A stretch of DNA of 63,420 nucleotides, filler included, from Pelomyxa schiedti (GCA_020536535.1; 9 parts of 9 records of this genome joined end to end with filler, not necessarily neighbours in it), one strand, 5' to 3'; numbered from the whole stretch's first letter, positions 1 to 13,041 are shown. The notes: generated from the letters alone by a model not told the origin. Numbers and translations are program-made.

Positions 1-295
1 GCATCGTGGTGGCGACGGTGGCTGTGTCCGCGCTCCTCCCTGTTGTTGCTGTGGCCCCCCTTGTGCTGCTGCTGCTGCTGTTGTTCCCGCCCCGCTTGTC
101 TCCCCTTGTGCTCATCGATATTGACCGGAATGTAATAGATATGAGATCAGCCTGTTCTGATTGGGGGAGGAGAAGAGCACGTTGAGTGTCGAGGGTGGAG
201 CAGTAAACCTTATTCCACACCCGGGGTGGTGGGGTGGGCCCACGTCTAGTCGTGCGGCGGTAACCACGAGACTTAAAAAGGGGACATCCACGACA

Positions 296-2159
296 ATGAA
301 CGGGGACAGCAGCGCCGCTACTACGGCTACCCCATCGGCTTCGCGGGTGGTGCTCAACGCTACCCCCTCCTTCGTGCTCAATAACCTGTCCGCCGTCCCG
401 CACCCCGGCTGGCCGCCGTCGCCCCCTCCGTCGGCCGACGCGGTCGATCCTGCCTCCTCCTCCTCCGCCGCCGCCACCACCGCCACCACGACGTCCACCT
501 GCGCGGCAGTGTCTTCGGTTGTTCCGCAGGTTCCCGCGTCGCAATGCGGGGCGTTGCTGGCCTACGCACACCGGGGCACAGTGCAGTTCGTGTGCTACAC
601 GGCGGGCCCCCTCGCCAGCAGCGGGGGCGCGGCCACCACCACTACATCACAAGGGGGCGGCGGGGGGCCAGGGCCGCAGCACCAGCGGGCGACGTCGGGG
701 TCGGCGTCTGTGTCACCACGGCCCAGCACCCACCAGCAGACACAGGCACAAACACAGACGCAGGCGCAGGGAGTGGGGGGCATGGGCACGGGCACGGGCA
801 CCAGCACTAGTGGTGTGGTGACACTGCTGCCTGTTGTGGCCGATGTGCCTGGGGGTGGGGGTGGGGGTGGCAGTGGGACTACTAATACAAGGGGGAGCAC
901 TAGTGGTAGGGAGGGGGTGTACTGTATGCAGCTGGTGTGCGTGCCTCACGTGGCCCTGGTCTACTGCACATGTGGGGAAATCGGGGTACGTAAACGGTTC
1001 TTTTTGTTTTTTTTTTTTTGGGTGTTTTAGTTTTTGTTGGTTTGGCTTAAATTTAAAAATAAAGTCCCTGCTTATCATTCTGACTTGGTGTGATAGTTTT
1101 GTATCCAAGACAAGGCAAGCGGGCAATTTATTTGCAATTTTAACTTCCCAATTCCTGATCGATCAGGTGCGGAAATACATTCTCAACTTACTTATAATTT
1201 GAGTGTTCACATTTTAAAGATGGGTGACCTGTTGTTTTTCTCCCTCCTATCTTTTTTGTGTTGCATACAGCATCTCCTGGAAGGAGACAATGTGCAAGAG
1301 GGATTGCCGTGACAGTTGTGAATAACCTCTACCACATCTTAGTTGGTAAGTTATTTTTTAATCCACATTTCTTGCATAATCGTTGCAGGTTCTGTGACAG
1401 GTTCTGTGTTTGTGTTCCTTGTGACAGATGTGCAGAGTTTTCAGCATATCAACACCCTTCAGGTTTGGTTTTATTATCCTAGAATTTCTGAACCTGAGAG
1501 TGATTCTCAGACACCATGCACGGCCATAAGTGCTATGGCCCATAGCAATACAAAAAAGCAATGGGTATGTGTTGATGAAGCTGGGGCAATTTCACTGTGG
1601 TTGGGCTTTGATCCTGTTGTTTCTTTCCCACCTACTGGGTGAGTTTCCTTTGTTTGTTTGTTTGTTTGGCCCTTTACAATCTCAATTTATACCAGGAATC
1701 CTTGCACAGGTGTCACCTTCTGCACTCCTGGGATTTTAGTCTGTGTATTTTCCACAGGGCACATGAGAGTTTATAACCTTCATGCCAAAGCCAAGCAAGT
1801 TGAAATCACTGCCCATTCCCATTGCATTACAGCGGTTGCTGCCCACCCATCACTCCCAGTGGTAAGCAAACAATATAAACTCTTTTCCTACTGCTACCCA
1901 AGAAACAATAGGTTATTACGGCATCAGAGGACTCATTTGCACTTGTGTGGAGTTTGGCCAACTTCCCAACTGTATGTATCCTCTCTAAAAGGAGGCATTG
2001 TTCAGTCCGATTTACTGGAAGCAGGAAGTTCGGCTTGTGGAAACACTGCACTACCCACATTGCTTCCTCACAGGAGCCCAGTTTGTGTCACAAGACTGTG
2101 TGTCACTTGTTGCCTATGAGAATCCAGAGCTCCTGGTGTCAATTGTCAAAACATTTTAG
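296..2159 (+). CDS. WDR54: WD-repeat protein 54 homolog (multi-exon, low-complexity N-terminal insertions)
   Basis: Spliced by eye over about 6 GT-AG introns. VLNNLSAV resembles the WDR54 N-terminal CNNLSV. Later segments are ILVGSVTGSVFVF, NPCTGVTF..GILVCVFSTGHMRVYNL, EITAHSHCITAVAAHP..VITASEDSFALVWSL and the C-terminus CFLTGAQFV..LVAYE, with TAG at 2157-2159. These match the order of WDR54 motifs as I recall them. Confidence 0.8.
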
Positions 2160-3182
2160 ATTTATCACTATTTACAACATCCATTTACTATATCTTCTGT
2201 TACCTGATTTTGAGAACAGAGTGAAACAGGACAGTGAACTGTTTGATGACCAGGAGACTGTGTTGGTTTTGTAATTTGGCAGCTTGTAGTCATTCAGAGT
2301 GTGAAGGTTGCTGGAAATTCTTCTCTCCTTCCTGTTGGGTTTGTGGGGTGTGATGGAGGTATCTGTGACTGTACATTCACATTGCATTTGGAACTTGCTC
2401 ATTGTTGCCAAGAACTTATAATGTAAGCTGGTTCTCATGGAGAATGGAAAAGACAACCTCTGAAAAAGGGGCAACATTTTTTTTTACAACCAGTGCCATA
2501 GTGTCCCCCATCATCTATCTCCTTTAGTAATACATAAATCAGGCAAATAAGATTACCCAAACACAAAGACACAGTAAAAGTGGGAGCAGCACAATTTCTT
2601 GTTCCAACATGGGTAACCACCACAACAGCAAAAGCACTGTTTTGGTGGTGTGAGGGGGAACAACTCAAAAAAATACAATACATACAGTAAAATAAAATGG
2701 TATGAGGTGTTGCAGGTGGGTGTGCTGATGATGTGTGGGGTGCACAGAAAACAATGATGTGCAATGAAAGGTGCACAATGATGCACAATGAAAGGTGCAC
2801 AGAAACAAAGAATGTCACAATGAAAGTGGCACATGAGGCAGCAGCGTGGACTTAACGAATTTGGAAATCAACTTCACAGAAATCTCCATGATCATTCGAC
2901 TTGATTTCAAGGCCTGTATAAGCTTGATGCTCCAAGCTCAGAATCACATCGAAAAAACACACAAACTCAAACAAATAAACAACAAACACAAGGCAAACAA
3001 CCCTTCATTCCAATTGAATTCATCTCTGTCTGTCTTCCGTTCTTGAGTGAGTATCCCCACATTAGTTCAAACGCAACATACACAGAAGCATACAAAGCCA
3101 AGTGTTTCCTGCGTGTTACAAATCATAGCCAGGGCAGGTAAATCATGGTTGTAACAAAGGCAACCACCAAAACAGGGCTGCA

Positions 3183-3830
3183 GCCCTGTTTTGGTGGGGT
3201 GGGAACAACATCACAAAAAGAATACAGTAAAATTTAAATAAATGGTATGAGGTGAAGTGACTTTTACAGAAAACAAGGATGTTGCAACGAAAGGTGCATG
3301 AAAACCAATGATGCGCAATGGATGTTGCAACGAAAGGCACATGAAAACCATTGATGCGCAAAGGATGTTGCAATGAAAGGCGCATGAAAACCATTGATGC
3401 GTAACGAAAGGCGCAATGATGCGCAACAAAAGAAAGGGGTGCACAGAAACCAATGGATGTCACAATGAAATCATCATAAGACAAAGGAAGCCCTGTTTTG
3501 GTGGGGTGGGAACAACATCACAAAAAGAATACAGTAAAATTTAAATAAATGGTATGAGGTGAAGTGACTTTTACAGAAAACAAGGATGTTGCAACGAAAG
3601 GTGCATGAANNNNNNNNNNNNNNNNNNNNNNNNNNNNNNNNNNNNNNNNNNNNNNNNNNNNNNNNNNNNNNNNNNNNNNNNNNNNNNNNNNNNNNNNNNN
3701 NNNNNNNNNTGCGCAACAAAAGAAAGGGGTGCACAGAAACCAATGGATGTCACAATGAAATCATCATAAGACAAAGGAAGCCCTGTTTTGGTGGGGTGGG
3801 AACAACATCACAAAAAGAATACAGTAAAAT
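3183..3830. repeat. Nested tandem repeat: ~300-bp unit containing 43-bp sub-repeats
   Basis: GCCCTGTTTTGGTGGGGTGGGAACAACATC starts at ~3183, ~3490 and ~3780. GGATGTTGCAA recurs at 3277, 3320 and 3363 (43-bp period). The array spans the gap at 3610-3709, and a diverged relative lies at ~2620-2830. Confidence 0.75.
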
Positions 3831-3849
3831 CGCAGCAGAGCAAGCGCGG

Positions 3850-4306
3850 GGCACAGGGGGAAAAGAGCCTCAGTGACGGTCATCAACACGATGCACTTTT
3901 TGGTCAACAGGCGGTTGTACTTGTGGTTATTGGTGTGCTTGGTGGTGCTTTGTTTCGAGATCCACAACGACTGGACCACATTGTCCCACAATTTTGTCTG
4001 CATAGCAGTCTATGTATCACTGAACACTGGGTCCTCCTCTATCCACTTGATCACTTGCTCTGTGGTGAGACCAAGGTTCCTCATTGTGAATTCAATTAGA
4101 ACTGGTGATTGCACTGCACATCTCATCTGCTCAACAACAATGTTGGAAGGCACTTGTGGAAACACACTCAGCAGCACCTTCCACATTGGGAATGAAATAT
4201 CCCACAATTTGATTTCTTGCAGCATCTTTGGAAGCAATTATTACCCAAGTATTGAACAGTTTGTGGAGACATCAACAACGTCTTCAGTGATGTGGAACTC
4301 ATGAAC
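3850..4306 (-). pseudogene. 3' fragment of the ankyrin-like expanded-family gene (paralog of 7975-9952 and 13169-13667)
   Basis: Minus strand reads LVHEFHITEDVVDVST and MLQEIKLWDISFPMWKVLLSVFP..SPVLIEFTMRNLGLT. It is highly similar in nucleotide sequence to 7980-8120 plus 8655-8865, has an internal deletion relative to that copy, and contains in-frame stops. Confidence 0.6.
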
Positions 4307-4529
4307 CAGCCCTCTGTGGGGTTAAAACTGTCATCACTGGCAGGACTTGCCCATGGATTGCCAACTGGTTAGAAGCTACATGAATGAGGATTTTGGCATG
4401 ACAAATAACGGTTTTAACACTTGTGCCAGAGGAAACAAGAAGAAAAGAGGGGGATGAAGTGAGGGTAACAACCTCTGGCAGCACCTTGACACAGTGGACA
4501 TTGTCAGTGGCGTTCTTGCATGTGGCAAA

Positions 4530-7375
4530 ACGCGTCGGGATTGGATAGGTTTAGGATAGAATTTGCTAAACTTAGGGGATAGAATGGAAAATCGATGAGA
4601 GACAACAAAAAACGGTCTAAACCACGGTCTAAGCTAAAAATTGAGGCAGTGTGGGTGTGACACCTCCACAAGGAAGTGTGGCAGGAGGGTTTGGAAAGAT
4701 GACTTGTGTTTACAACAACGAGGTGGTTGGCGTGGTTGCTGGGTTTTTGACATGGCATGTGGTTTTTTTTGCGGTACATGGCACTCGGAGTACTTTTGGC
4801 AATGGGGACTAAAGTCTAGTAACTATTTTCTTTGTTGAGTGGAGCAAAGAGTTACTAGACTTCGTCAGGGAACTCCAACTTGTTGTGGAGTGGCATGTAC
4901 CGCAACCATGACATCGAAACAAGCCCCCCAAACCCCCAAACAATGAACAACACGATGTTTGCTGATGTGTGGTGAGGTTGTGCGCAACCAACGGTGACCA
5001 TTGTGCCGCCGCACACCCAGCCCCTCTGGGTGGCAATTTATTTAGAAACGAACGAGAATGTAAATTAATTCATTTCCCAAACTTCGCTTCAGAGAAGGAA
5101 TGATTTCCAATAAGGAGAATTAATTTAAATTCCTCTGTTGTTGTTGAACATGTGGGAAAGGAAAGAACATGACGTGTACATCACAGAATGGCGCTTTTTG
5201 TTTCTGGGAGAGCGTGCGTTAGCCAAGAAACTGGCCATGGACCATCAAGAGGAAATCTGAGGGGGCTGCAATGTATGGACGAAAAGCACCAAAGAATCTA
5301 TGGTTTGAAACAAGAGCCAATGGACAATTCAATTTGATGACACTGAATGATTGACAAGCAACAAACTCCCAGGAAGCAAATGAAGAAGTGATTGATCATG
5401 GCTATGTACTGTGGCCAAAAATCACAGGTTTCAAAAAAAATATGCCTGCCACAACATTGTATGCACTGACGAAAAAATGTTACCCTTAGTGTCATGTCAG
5501 TTGTTGTCGTTCACATTTGGCAGTACAGTAAATGGCAAAACCATTGTTTGACATAGAATTGAAAACTCGTTGTTAAAGATCAACTTCCTCAATTTTGTGT
5601 TGAGAGGCGAGTGACACAGGCCACCAACCTCACTGTCCATTTTTTTATTGAGAAGGTGGGGAGAGAAAGAGTGACCAATGTTGTATGCATATATGGAAAC
5701 ACTTTAGCATCAATGTCATGTCAGATTACACTATCCAGCTTGTGCTAAGATGTTGCCTTCAATGCACACAGCCTCTTCCAATGCATTTTCTCTGGCTTTG
5801 GAGGTAAGAGACTGGATCACAAAGCATTGATGAGGAGCTCCAGTCATTTACTTATTTGCTTCCTTATTTTTTGCATCATTGAGGATGATGTTGTGCACCC
5901 AAGTTGTCTGTGGCGTTGGCAATCCATTGTAACTACCAGTTTTTTGACAGTGTCCACACAGCAAAAACTGTTGATCATTTTTTTGGTAAATTAATTGAAC
6001 TTTGTTTTTTTTTTTTTTTGAAGAATTTTTCTTCGGGAAAAAAAAAACTAAGTCAAAAAAAAGGGGGAAAAAGTTGATGATCGATTTTTACCATCAGAGA
6101 GCGACAAAGCACGATATGAACTGTGTCAGTGAATTACCAATGACCTAGGCAGTTCACATGCACCAAATGTTCCACAATTGTGCCACACATCTCCAAACAA
6201 ATGACTAAATGCAGAAACTGTTGAATCACCACAGTGTCATGGTGTCCACTGCTCTTCAAAGTAAAACACATCATCCAGTGCACTTTTACATGAAGGGTAC
6301 GTTGATAACAACAGGCAGAACAGTGCAGTACACTCACTGTCACGAGGCAAAACACCAAATGGCTCACAGTACAAAAAATCAACTTCGAGAAATATTTTTT
6401 CAATTTGAAAACAGAATTTCTAAGTGAACATTGGGAATTCATTGAAGCGATGTTCAGTTATTTGTGTACTAAGGACACATCAAATTAAGCTGGCAACAGT
6501 GGAAAGTGGGTGACAACATTGTAGGTCACATAGGCACACACCAAAAAAAGAAATTTGAAACACTCAGCAGTGACAATCGAACCTGGTGAAATGATGCCAC
6601 CTTTCACCAGCAGTTGCCTGTCAGAACACCAATTTTTTTCAAAAAGCGGGAATGGAAAGATCATGATCGGTTCATCAAAACTTGGCATCAGCTGTTCTTG
6701 GGAGAGCATGTGTTTGCCCAATAACAAGTCATGGTTAGAGGCATTACCGACTTGGAAATTCACCAACTTCAGGGAATTTAATTTTTTTTTTGATTGTTTT
6801 CTCTGCAACATTTACGCAAGGGAGAAAACAATCAAAAGAAGTAGTAGACACACCAATGTGATGTGGGCAACCACCACTGTGCCTTGTCAACAACTACAAC
6901 AACACACAGTGGAGTGACAGCTGTCACCCAGACCCCCCAAACACACCCCTGTCACTTGACAGGTTACTTGGCAGTGACCAGGCACCTTGAGTTTTCGAAA
7001 AAAACAGGACTGGGTGGTGTCGACACATCCTCCCTCTAGCAGGCAGAACGAGCTCCTCCCAGAAATTCACCACTGGGTGCTGCCAGCGATGTCACTGAAC
7101 TTCAACTGCACAAATGACTGTCTGCCACCAAATCAACGCTGTCCTTCAAGAAACGTATTGTTGCACAGCATAATAAACAACCCTACTGATCAGACGACAC
7201 ATCTGGACCAGATCTGCTCGAAACAAGAAACTGTTAGGTTTCTGCTGAAAACAAGGTGAAAACTACTGTGCGGAACTGCTAGAAAATTCGACCGAGCTAC
7301 CGGCAAAGCTAACATAAGTCTAAAACCTTGTCTAAAGGTCATTTCTATCCAATCCCATGCATCGAAAAACATTGG
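4530..7375 (+). mobile_element. Degenerate hAT-family (DUF659-type) transposase fossil
   Basis: Fragments in different frames follow the expected order: FIEKVGRERVTNVV (~5644-5685; hAT consensus ieevG..nVvqvvTD), NAHSL (5761-5775; CxAH motif), WRWQS (5911-5925; TRW motif), HWEFIEA (~6428) and WATTTVPCQQLQ (~6863). There are many stops and frameshifts. Boundaries are guessed from an inverted GGGATTGGATAG pair (~4547 and ~7345). Confidence 0.6.
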
Positions 7376-7974
7376 TCTGAGTCATCCATCATCGTCATCG
7401 TTGTCACCAGTGTGGACTGTTGCGCGCCTTTCGCTCGACATCCTTAGTTTGGTGTTGTGCAGCATCGTGCACCCCAAAACTAATGATGTCACACGACATC
7501 GAACAACACAAAAATAATAATAATAATAAAAAATAAAGATAACATCGTTGTAGCAGGCAACACAACCACAGAAACAAAATAATATTTTTGCAATTTTTCC
7601 CATTTACTGCTTTTTTTTATGCAGCAGCACTGCATTACAGCCATGCTGCAAATTGGTGCTGTGTTTTTTGGGCAGCTTGTATGGCAGCATTGTTGCCATC
7701 TCCCACAGAAAACCAGAAAGCCCTGCAAACAAGAAAACAATCTGCTAGCATCTGCTGGTGCAGCTGCACCAGAACACATTATGTCAGCTGCACCAGAACA
7801 CACTATAAGCATGGGAACATACTAAAAGTGTTTTTTGGGGTAAGTCTAGTTGCATTGTGCCACACATGAAATTGTGATGCAAGCCAGCAACAAGTGTCAG
7901 TTTGGAAAGGAAAAATCATACAGTGTGCTGAGGTGTTGATGGTTATTGTTTTACTTATGCCATCTCTGTATCAC

Positions 7975-9952
7975 TACTACTGAACACTGATTCCTCCTAT
8001 ATCCACTTGATCACTTGCTCTGTGGTGAGACCAAGGTTCCTCATTGCAAATTCAATGTGAACTGGTTACCACACTGCACGTCTCATCTTCTCATCAGCAG
8101 CATCTTCCACATTGGGAACGAAATATCCTGCACAGTCCTGGTGAGCACTTTTACACCCCGGGTTTTTGCCTGTTTTAGCAACGATTTTCTTCTTCAATCC
8201 GTCTCTCTGTGGGGTTAAAACCGTCATCAGAGAAGCCTTTTCTTCTTGTTTCCTCTGGCACAAGTGTTAAAACCGTTATTCGTCATGCCAAGATCCTGCG
8301 GTTCGAGTTCCACTTCAAGCATTCATTTTTTGTAGAATGGTAGAGGATTCCTGACCCAGCAATAAAACACAAGCAGATTGGCACCCCTGCCACTTTTTTT
8401 TACAGGTTTTTCTTCAACTCCAAGAATTTTCTTCTTTTTTTGTTGATAACTCGGTTATTTTTTTTGTGCGTCCGTCGGGAAAATTTTCTGGCACACATGG
8501 ATTTGGAACCTCCACCCTTTCTGCTGCTGAACGAGAGTTTTACCCCTTGCGCAACACCGAAATAACACTTCGAAAAGACCGAGTTGAGAAGAAAATTGTT
8601 GCTAAAACGGGCAAAAACCGGGGTGTAAAAGTGCTCACCAGGACTGTGCGGGATATCCTGCAATTTGATTTCTTGCAGCATCTTTGAAAGCAATTATTAA
8701 TTAATTATTATCAATAAATAATATTATTAAATGCCAACAAACCTCTTCAAAAGTGACGTGAAAGTGCTTGATGAACCACTCTGCAAAAAAACTCATCAAC
8801 CTCCCAAGTATTGAACGCTTTGTGGAGACATCAACAACATCTTCAGTGATGTGGAACTCATGAACAGGAAAAGCAGCACGACTGTGCCCAACTGAGTGCC
8901 CTGACAACGGTGCTGTCCTTGATGAGGGTGGCAGGAACATGCTGAAAGAACCACTCTGCAGCTCTTGTGTCTCCACAGAGTCCACACCCTCAACCTCTCT
9001 CCACCAGTACGAGTGAAGAAACTAGGATCCTGTTCGCTCGTTCTTTGGCTTGACAGCGTGAGTTTCCATCATCCATTTCAGTGCTTCTGGCTCCCAAATA
9101 TTGTTAGTGACATGTTGAAGCACTTGAGTGTATCCAGGTCACCCTGAAAGCGGAACCCACTGGGATACTTCCACCCCAGTGTGTTCATTGCCCACCCAAC
9201 ACCAAACGACCCACACAGCCACTGAGCCACCTCCAGCTTCCCAGCACACACTGCAGCCGCAAACGGAGCCGCCAGCTCCCAGCTCTCCCTCTCGAAACAA
9301 CCCACTTGGCAGTCTCGAGGTGCCCTCCCCTGCACACCTCCGACATCAAGCTGTCATCAATACCATCCATAGAAATGTACACAGCCCTTATCTCATCCCT
9401 CAAATTACCCTCCCCAGCAGGCCACGCCAGCCCTGATTCCCTCACCCACCACCCAACATTCCCATCGCGATCACGATCACCATCACCACGGCACCCATAA
9501 TCCCTTGCACCAGAATCGACGAGTTGCCATCTCGAGGTGGCCGCCTCCGCACAGGCCCCACACGCGCTGAGGCACTCCCTCGTGTTGTTCCGCCTCGCCT
9601 TGTGCCTCAGTATCCACCTGATGCACGACGCGCTCCCGGCCAGCCCCGCGAACCGCACGTCCCAGTGCTTGGAGTGGCCCTCGGACGAGTCGATCGGGAG
9701 CTTGTCCACGACCGGCGCGTCGGCGACGGCGGTGCCGACACGAGCGCGACGAGGGGGAACAGCGCGTGTCGCGGCGACGCCGAACGCCCACACCACGTCG
9801 TCGCGGCACAGCCTCCCGCGCTGGGCCGCCAGCACGGGCCCCACGCCGTAGTCCCACGCCACGCGCGACACCATCAGCACGTGGGCCTTGGTGGTGGAGG
9901 TGCTCCCGCGGAGTGTCTGTGGGTTGTTGTTTTTGGTGGCCCCGCCTTGCAT
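7975..9952 (-). pseudogene. Ankyrin-like repeat expanded-family pseudogene, frameshifted and interrupted by a MITE
   Basis: Ankyrin-like motifs WGLCGGGHLEMA, SEVCRGGHLETAKWVV and AAAVCAGKLEVAQWL lie in three different frames (shifts near 9570, 9525 and 9290). FAEWFIKHFHVTFEEV is followed by an intron at ~8695-8745, and the MITE is inserted at 8127-8652. Confidence 0.7.
8127..8652. mobile_element. Non-autonomous DNA transposon (MITE), ~526 bp, ~66-bp TIRs, TA or ATAT target-site duplication
   Basis: 8127-8193 (CCTGCACAGTCCTGGTGAGCACTTTTACACCCCGGG...) is the reverse complement of ~8587-8652 with 3 mismatches and 1 indel. ATAT flanks both ends (8123-8126 and 8653-8656). The paralog at ~4194-4215 shows the empty site GAAATATCCCACAATTTG. 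No coding capacity. Confidence 0.85.
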
Positions 9953-10137
9953 TTTTTGTAGATTTTGCGGACGAGAAATGCCCAAGAGATCAGCTCTTGA
10001 CGACGAACATTGGGGGTGCGTGCACGAGAGGACGGAGTGTGTGTTGCGCCAGTTCGATGGTGTGTTTCGAGTGTCGTTCAAGGAGACGTGGTTGGAGGCG
10101 TTGCGTGGCATCGACAGGGACCAGAGGGAGGAGAGCC

Positions 10138-13041
10138 ATGAAAGGGACAAACGCACAAGGAAGGGGCCGACGAATTACCATAGGATTCCATACCCTGTGT
10201 GGCTTTTTTTTTTTTTTTTTTCTTCCCCGCCACCCCGCACTTGGACTTGTTTTCGATGTTTGTGCCAAACTAGCTAACTATGAGCAGGGCAAACACGAAG
10301 AAGTTGCCTTGTGTATTTGCGACTTCATCATTGTTGGTACCACAACTTTTACATCACCACTTCATTCTAACATTTTACAAGATGAGGACGTTGATCCCTT
10401 TATTATGTACGTGATCAAAGCAACTTCTGGAGATAATTCTTCTTGTGTCTATCGCCGTTTTGATCAGTTCAAACAACTCTCGGCCACACTCGGTGCTCGG
10501 ACTATTGCAGTGCTTCCAGAGCAGTCCAGTGGCTTCTTTGGCTTGAAGCGCCAGAGAATAACCTCAGAATACGCACGGGCAATGCTTTCCAAGCTCCAGG
10601 TGTATTTGAGCGTTCTTGTTCAGACTCAAGCAATTCGGGACTCCAAAGTCTTCAGGCAGTGGTTAGGCTTAGGTAAAAACAATTTACTCATTCACGTTTC
10701 TTATCGTTTCAAAAGAGGATAACAATGATACCGTCGTTCAGGAAGCTTTTGCCCTTGCATTTGGTCGTTTGGTCAGTGAAAAGTACCAGCTGTACTATGA
10801 TTATCCAGTTGAAGCCCTTTGCAAATTCATTGTTGAAGAGAGCTTTTCGGTATTTGGTCCTCAAGTGAAGTCTCAAGGCAGAAACCAGAAGGAAAGCACA
10901 AAACTTATGAAAGCGGCCTACCTTGAAGTTGTTTCTTATGTGGCACCAAATGTCGAAACCAAGTGGAAAGGCTTCCATCACTCTTTTTTTTTTATGCTTG
11001 TCTTACCTTTGGGACAGAGATTATTAATGAGATCACCACAATCAAGAATGAAAAAATCGGCGCCTGCTCAACTATTCTTCAAGCAGAGAGAGATCTGAAG
11101 GTGGGCATGAAACCAGTTATGTCCGAAGGTAGAGTTCTTGCTCTCTTAACGCTTGCTTCTAAATTTATTTCAGCAATGCAAGAAATTTGTGGTAAATATC
11201 CTCAGTTGATGGAAATCTTCATGCAGTCGATACAACCACTCATTGTTGAAATACTGGTCAAACACAAGAAGGCCAAAGACGATCTGGTGGCAGAAATCTA
11301 TAAAAATTTCCACCGGGAAACAGCAGGATCAAAAGAAGAACGGGAAACGCAACTTGCCCAATGGGCGACGTACTTGCAACAAGGGGCTGTTGAAATCAAG
11401 AACTCCATCACACATCTGGTATCTCTCATTTCTTTGGGTTTTTCTTTTTGAAGCCCTGCAGGTTGATGGCAAGATTACGCAGATCATAGAAAGCATTGCC
11501 GGGCAGTTTGATACCAAGGTGGGCATTGTGGGAGTGGGCTTTTGAAATCTCAATAGGTTTTCCAAATTTAGTCCGGTGCTGTGGGTTGGGAACTGCTTCT
11601 TGGGAAAGTCATTGCGCAATTCCCCGCAATAATCAAGATGGTGTTCAAGTTTTTCAATTTTCGAAACCAGAGTACCGTGGTATGTTTCCAGCTTTTTCTA
11701 TTTTTTGTTCTAATTTCTAAGTTCTACTCAATCTTGAAAGTAAAAGAAAACCAAATCAACTACCTTGTGAGGAGTGGTCATGCTTCCGCAAGTGAGTTTT
11801 TGCAAAATATAGAGAAACAGGAATCCACTCTCCAGGAACGAATCTGGCGTTCTCATCGTGATATGAAGGTAGCACCAATATATTAACCATTTGTCTTACT
11901 TTCGAAAGTTTGATGCATGGAAGGCAGTTTATGATCTGAGAAAATGGTGGCACGAAAGTAAGCAATCCTACAGAGAATATCTTGGCCCTCTGTTGGAAGT
12001 TCTCCATGAAATCTTACTCAAAGTGGCACTTCTAAACAAGCAATTTTTCCAGAAGTTCATCTTCCGCACCAATGACTTCCTTATCTCTCATGTCAAAGAA
12101 AAACTCGGGGCCACTGCAACAAGCAAGACAGAATTTGTGCAAGCTGCCTTCCAGCAGGGAATGGATAAAGCCATCAAATTCTTTTACAAACATGGCTACA
12201 ACGTGTGTTTGTAATTGTGTGCCTTTTGGTAATTTTCACTTGTATAGCTTCTTGTGGATTGTATCATGAAACTTTTTGGCAAGGCACTGGTTCCTGCCAT
12301 TTCACAAGCTATCCATGCATCCAATTCAGGTAACACAGCCATTGAACGTGTCCATATTCCAAAGGCAGTGGAGGTTTTCCTTCATCCGCATTTAATTGCC
12401 AATGCAGTCATTGAAGAACTTCTAAGTGAGTAACTCTTCATGTGCATTTTTAAGCTTCTAATTCAATTGTAACAGGAGATGGAATTAAGAGCAGGCTGGA
12501 AGCATGGCTTCATGAACTCACTGCTAGTTCCAGTAGGGCTCATACACCTACAACTACAACCGCAACAACTACAAGCACTACAGTAAAACAGTCGAACACA
12601 AATGTGGAACCCAGAAGAAGTTCCAGAAGCGAGTCTGGCTCTCGTAGTGGCTCTGATTCAGCCTCTCAATCTCACTCTGAGTCAGCTTCACAAAGTAGCT
12701 CCAGTTCCATACAAAAAACTGTATCAGTACCAAGGTCAGAGAGTGGCACCGCTTCGGCCTCCCAATCCCACTCTGGTTCACGAAGTGGCTCAACAAGCGG
12801 GTCCGAATCCAGGGCTGGCTCAGGATCCAGGTCAGGGCACGTCGAGGCCAGAAACAGTACTGCAGCAGCCACAGCAGCCGTTACAGCTAGGGCAACACTA
12901 ACTCCCGAAGTCACTTCACCCATTCCAGTGGTCTCTGGTTCCCACTCCAGCACCGGCTCGTGCTATTGCTCTGTATCTGGATCAGAATCTGAATCCAGCT
13001 CTTGGTATTCTGTTTCAGGCTCCCTTTTGTCTGATGAATAA
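10138..13041 (+). CDS. PX-domain protein with long helical C-terminal region and Ser-rich tail
   Basis: PX signature FIMYVIKATSG..VYRRFDQFKQLSATL..LPEQ..LQVYLSVLVQ..IRDSKVFRQWLGL at ~10400-10670. About 7 GT-AG introns join helical exons (ORFs 10769, 10963, 11581 and 11891), ending in the S/G-rich ORF 12604-13041. Confidence 0.8.

Noticed and set aside
3277-3420. 43-bp periodic repeat as a CRISPR array
   Set aside because: The units are contiguous and degenerate with no unique spacers, there are no cas genes, and the context is eukaryotic.
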